Source of the DNA: Ruditapes philippinarum
Taxonomy: Eukaryota
DNA: 64,000 nt
Direction: 5' to 3'
Assembly: GCF_026571515.1 (NCBI RefSeq)
Contig: NW_026859523.1
Coordinates: 62,001 to 126,000, forward strand
The first letter of the stretch is position 1. Each line of letters starts with the position of its first letter. Positions 59,826-64,000 of the stretch are shown here, piece by piece. The translations under genes and the position numbers were made by a program. The notes under the pieces are model-generated. The model saw only the letters and a list, made by a program, of their open reading frames with translations, did not search any database and was not told where the DNA came from.

Positions 59826-62800
59826 TCAACATCATAATAATATCTCTTTGATTTATTTTTTTCTATATCTTAAAGAGGCCTCTGTAAGCTATATCCTCTC
59901 AACAGATCATTTTACTATGGCGTTTTCCAGTAGAAATCTACAGATACTAAAAGCGTCCTTATTTTTCCAATATTACAAATGATGTCACAAGCGGTATAAA
60001 TGTTGTGTTAAACAAATTCAAGTTAATCACCAACTTACCCTTTTTTAAATTGTCAATATGACTTTGTTTATCTAAAATATTCCGTTTTTTGACTTTTTCT
60101 CACTTTCCAAAGTTTTGAGATTTTTTTCACTTCTTGTCATAGATATGGCATTATTTCTTGATTGTGTATTTGTAAATGAAAGTTTAAGTAAAAAGAGTTA
60201 TTCATTAGTTTGCAGAAGTCTTTGCAAAACTCCATCCATGTATTAACAATTTAATGTATTTACATTTATTCCCTTTTGCATGAATACATTTTATTCAGAT
60301 TACGCACTTAAAATGTGCATGTTATTTCAGTAATCAACTGAGTAGAATGATATTCAACTAATAAAATCCACCATCTGAACATTTTAGATGTAACTGTTTT
60401 ACAGATCAATAAAATCATTAACAAAATTATACAACCGTATTCTGTCTAATGTAAAATATGTTTTATTACATCAGATTGTATTCTTTTTTCTTAATGAAGT
60501 CAATTTTTTTGTGATTTTATATCATATTTGGTTATGTAAAAAAGACACTTGTAACATTGTTCTCGTAAATATATGTATGCGCGGCTTCAGTTTATTATAC
60601 AAATCAGGAAATAACGCCAGACAAATAAGTAAACATAGAGACTTAACTTGCCCATTTTCATTATATTATTTCGTTTGGATTACGAAGTTCTGTTAAAGTT
60701 CATGTATCAAAATGCTAAGAATGATATGAAATCGGTTACATCTTTATAAAGCAATGTTATATAATAATCCTATGGTTGTTACAGAAGAAGCACTATGTAG
60801 AGACCGTGATATTTCTAGACACTGACTGATTCTGGTTTATCAAAATTCTAAGATCATTCAAATGATATGGTAATACCTAAAATTGTCAATCATATAGCTG
60901 TGATACAGAACTAAAATATTCACACAATCAATCTCATTTATTTCTTCAGAAGTGATAACAACAGCAGACAGTGATACAAGGAGAACATTTTTAAAACTTG
61001 TTGCTATTGAAATTTCTTTTTAGAAAACATGAATTGTAAAATTTTCTTGATGATTAGGAAATGACTGGTTGTATGAACATATCATTTGTGAATTGTCGTC
61101 GATAAAATTTACCGACGAAAAACAAAACATTTTGGCGATTCTTAAAAATGCAATAATTTTTCAATATCTTAGTCAACCAGTGAAAAAACAACAACAAAAC
61201 ATACACAAACTATTTAAATCTTTACGTGAGATAATTAAATCGAGAATATTCATTGTTCTTTTGAAATAAAGTAAATATCTAACATAATTTTCAATTGATT
61301 CATCTTTGTTTAGTGGTATCATTATCTTGACAAGAGCAAATACATTTCTTGCAGTGGTTACTGATGCGAACACTATAGTAAACAATTTGTAATTTTATGT
61401 TATTTTACACTCCTTAGCACTGTGATAGTTACTGCTGATAATAAAAGTAAAATATAAAAATATTGGAAATGGTATCAATACATAACAACTTTACAATGTA
61501 ATGTTAAAAGTTTTTATGTACTCATTGATGTACTAATGCCCCAAACACTATTACAGTCACGTTCTCTCTATCACAGAATGGATGGTGTCTATTATAAATC
61601 TGTCTGCTGTATCGATTTTAATTAAGACGTGCAGCGTTAATACTAATTCATAATTCTAAATAAAGCCATAAATTTAGAAATTAAACGATTGTTTTACAAA
61701 TTTCCCCTCGATATAAAAGGTAATTAATGAAAAGTATAATAAATGAACAATTAAAATTGATTATGAAGCTAATAGGACAAATCGAATAGAACAATACAAT
61801 AATTCTAGAAGACAATGTGAATTTGTTCGTTTAGATTTATTAATGGCACACTAACCAATCATTTCACCACATAAAACACTAATCATCCTAACAAATGGGA
61901 ACATATAAATTTATCTTTTTGCACATGTTTTTCTTATCACATTAAGCACTCTTTCATTCTCAATGATATAAATAACAATCTACGAATAATACCGCACTAA
62001 CAAATTACTTTTCCTTTTATAATTCATTGACTTATAAGGACAAAGAAACATCTACACATTTATGCCTTAAGAAATAGCGTTCGGAATTCTACTGAATAAA
62101 TGCATTTCACAATCCAACAATTTATGTCATATTGATTGTAAATTGATCCTTTAAACATCATATTTCTAATATATCTTTTAACACATTTATATTTACTAAC
62201 ACAATTTTAGATAAGTTATCATGTAGGATACGATAAAGGTTTTTCTTCTATAATGTGAAATTGCCACATGATCAAATACAAAACTTGGTTTATGTTTATA
62301 CATGCGAACAACTAAAAGGACAATATTTCATCAAAAGTGCCTCTGAACAAACTTTTATATTCGTTTATCAATAAAGGCGTTTACCGAAACACATTATCGT
62401 CCAATATGGCGATTTAATTCTTAATGTATAAATATAGTTGAAAAACATATATTATGAAATATAAAGAAATAGGTTTTCTTACACGCGCCAGTTAATTGTT
62501 ATCAAACAAAATGATGAACTTCACTTAAAGGGAAAGTAGATTCAGCAATTGACAGTAAGAGGCACCATTATAAAATGTTTTTATTCACACGATTTGTACA
62601 ATTATTTAATTCTACAAAAAACAACATTAAGTTTAAATAATTAGCTTCTAAAATAAATCCAAGAAATTATTTTTGGTAAACTATGTTAATTCTTCTTCAT
62701 TTTGTTTGAAGCATTTTGATGCTCATGCTTGTCTGATTGTAGACGCGTTTGATGCATTTCGTACTTGAACATAAATTGAAATACATGAATAAGAGCATGA

Positions 62801-63068
62801 CTCTATTGACGCAACTCTATTATGTTATTTCCTTTTTACTGAAAACCAATATTGTTACTTTACAAATCAACAATATAAACAATCACAAGCTTTTTCATCT
62901 GCTCTACGTCTGAAATAAAATCGTTATTTTAGTTATTTTTATTTCTAAGTTTTAATGTTGTATGCTTACTATCTTAAATTGCTTCTTTCAGGTAGTCACG
63001 ATATTTCCTTTTATTAGTCTATGTACAGCAATGATTTCTCAGTTTTATCACTTAAACGTGTTGTTCTA

Positions 63069-63079
63069 ATGATTTATGC

Positions 63080-63153
<74 letters not shown>

Positions 63154-63289
63154 TCTAAAACTGTGATATAGATTTTTCATCTCTCATAACTCCTTGCTGG
63201 AGTGGCATTGTACTTTTATGATGTAACTTTTTAACATTGTGTATACATGTATATCTGTACAATGATGAGATGTAAATAAAGATTACTAC
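63069..63289 (+). mobile_element. LINE 3'-end remnant containing a (TA)n microsatellite (63083-63147)
   Basis: Homologous to 6550-6693; ends aataaagattactac. Confidence 0.65.
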
Positions 63290-63726
63290 CCTACCCTCCA
63301 GTTGCTTTTTATTGTAACAGGCTACTTTTGTCATCTTGTGAAAAACTAAGTAGCAAATATCGTTTTTACAGCTTAGCTCATGAAATGATTAGAGTAAATC
63401 TTACTAAGATCAAATACGTAACTATTAACGTGCTATCTAATGATATTTTGTTGTAAGTAGAAAACTGTAATCTATATATCTAATCTGAACATATTTTAAA
63501 AAAAAGAACAAAAAAAAAACAAAAAAAAAACAACACATACATACACACAAAAGAATAAAGAACAAATTAACAAAATAAAAATCATAGCAACATCTACTAC
63601 AAAGAAAACGAATACAACAACCCACCAAACACCCCCAAAGAACCCCCACACAAACACGCACGCACGCACGCACATTAAACAATAAAAAACAAATTTCATA
63701 TTCATATTTCACTTAAAGGTTTCAAA

Positions 63727-63760
63727 GATGTTATATTTTCGATCCTTGAAGATCGTTCAG
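63727..63760 (-). repeat. 34-bp isolated core of the structured repeat family
   Basis: gatgttatattttcgatccttgaagatcgttcag is the reverse complement of ctgaacgatcttcaaggatcgaaaatataacatc. Confidence 0.7.
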
Positions 63761-64000
63761 GTTATGTACATGGTACATGTTAATTTTCTTCTTTAATTAC
63801 CTTGTTGGTTTTAAGGGATGACCAAGGACATTAACCAGGACAGGACAAATTGGGGCAAGACTCACTCAAAACGAGTCTGCAATCTTAATTTTTTCACTTA
63901 CTTTTTTATTACATGAATTTTATCGCTATGGGGCCATTCATCTTTTACAGACGAAATAAATTTTGTGTGGTAATGTAAAATGTTGCTCCGTAATTCATCC

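Noticed and set aside
59900-63000. Promoter or upstream exon of the cyclase
   Set aside because: AT-rich sequence with many TATA-like words; none can be singled out without transcript data.

Overview
AT-rich animal genomic DNA, probably a bivalve mollusc (inferred from the C1qDC duplication and the HINE/SINE/LINE repertoire); no prokaryotic features. The main gene is an apparently intact 21-exon receptor (NPR/ANP-receptor-type) guanylyl cyclase on the minus strand (59825->24296). I spliced it by hand using GT-AG sites with consistent phases to 1195 aa. Downstream lies a tandem segmental duplication carrying [last cyclase exon + secreted C1q-domain gene], giving two damaged C1qDC copies and an orphan cyclase exon. 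A 4-exon PHD+FLYWCH gene (Mutator-transposase-like N-terminus, no catalytic domain) sits at 10400-11732. The rest is transposon-derived: LINE fragments, SINEs, Helentron-type HINEs, foldback/MITE elements with clear TSDs, and a dispersed, hairpin-rich ~631-bp repeat that occurs as head-to-tail multimers. Best leads: (i) the multimeric structured repeat with a hammerhead-like core; (ii) a five-fold duplicated splice acceptor that could give a cyclase-less receptor isoform; (iii) a ~2-kb foldback probably in the cyclase 3'UTR; (iv) the spliced PHD-FLYWCH ORF. Three segments look like homopolymer-inflated sequencing noise.
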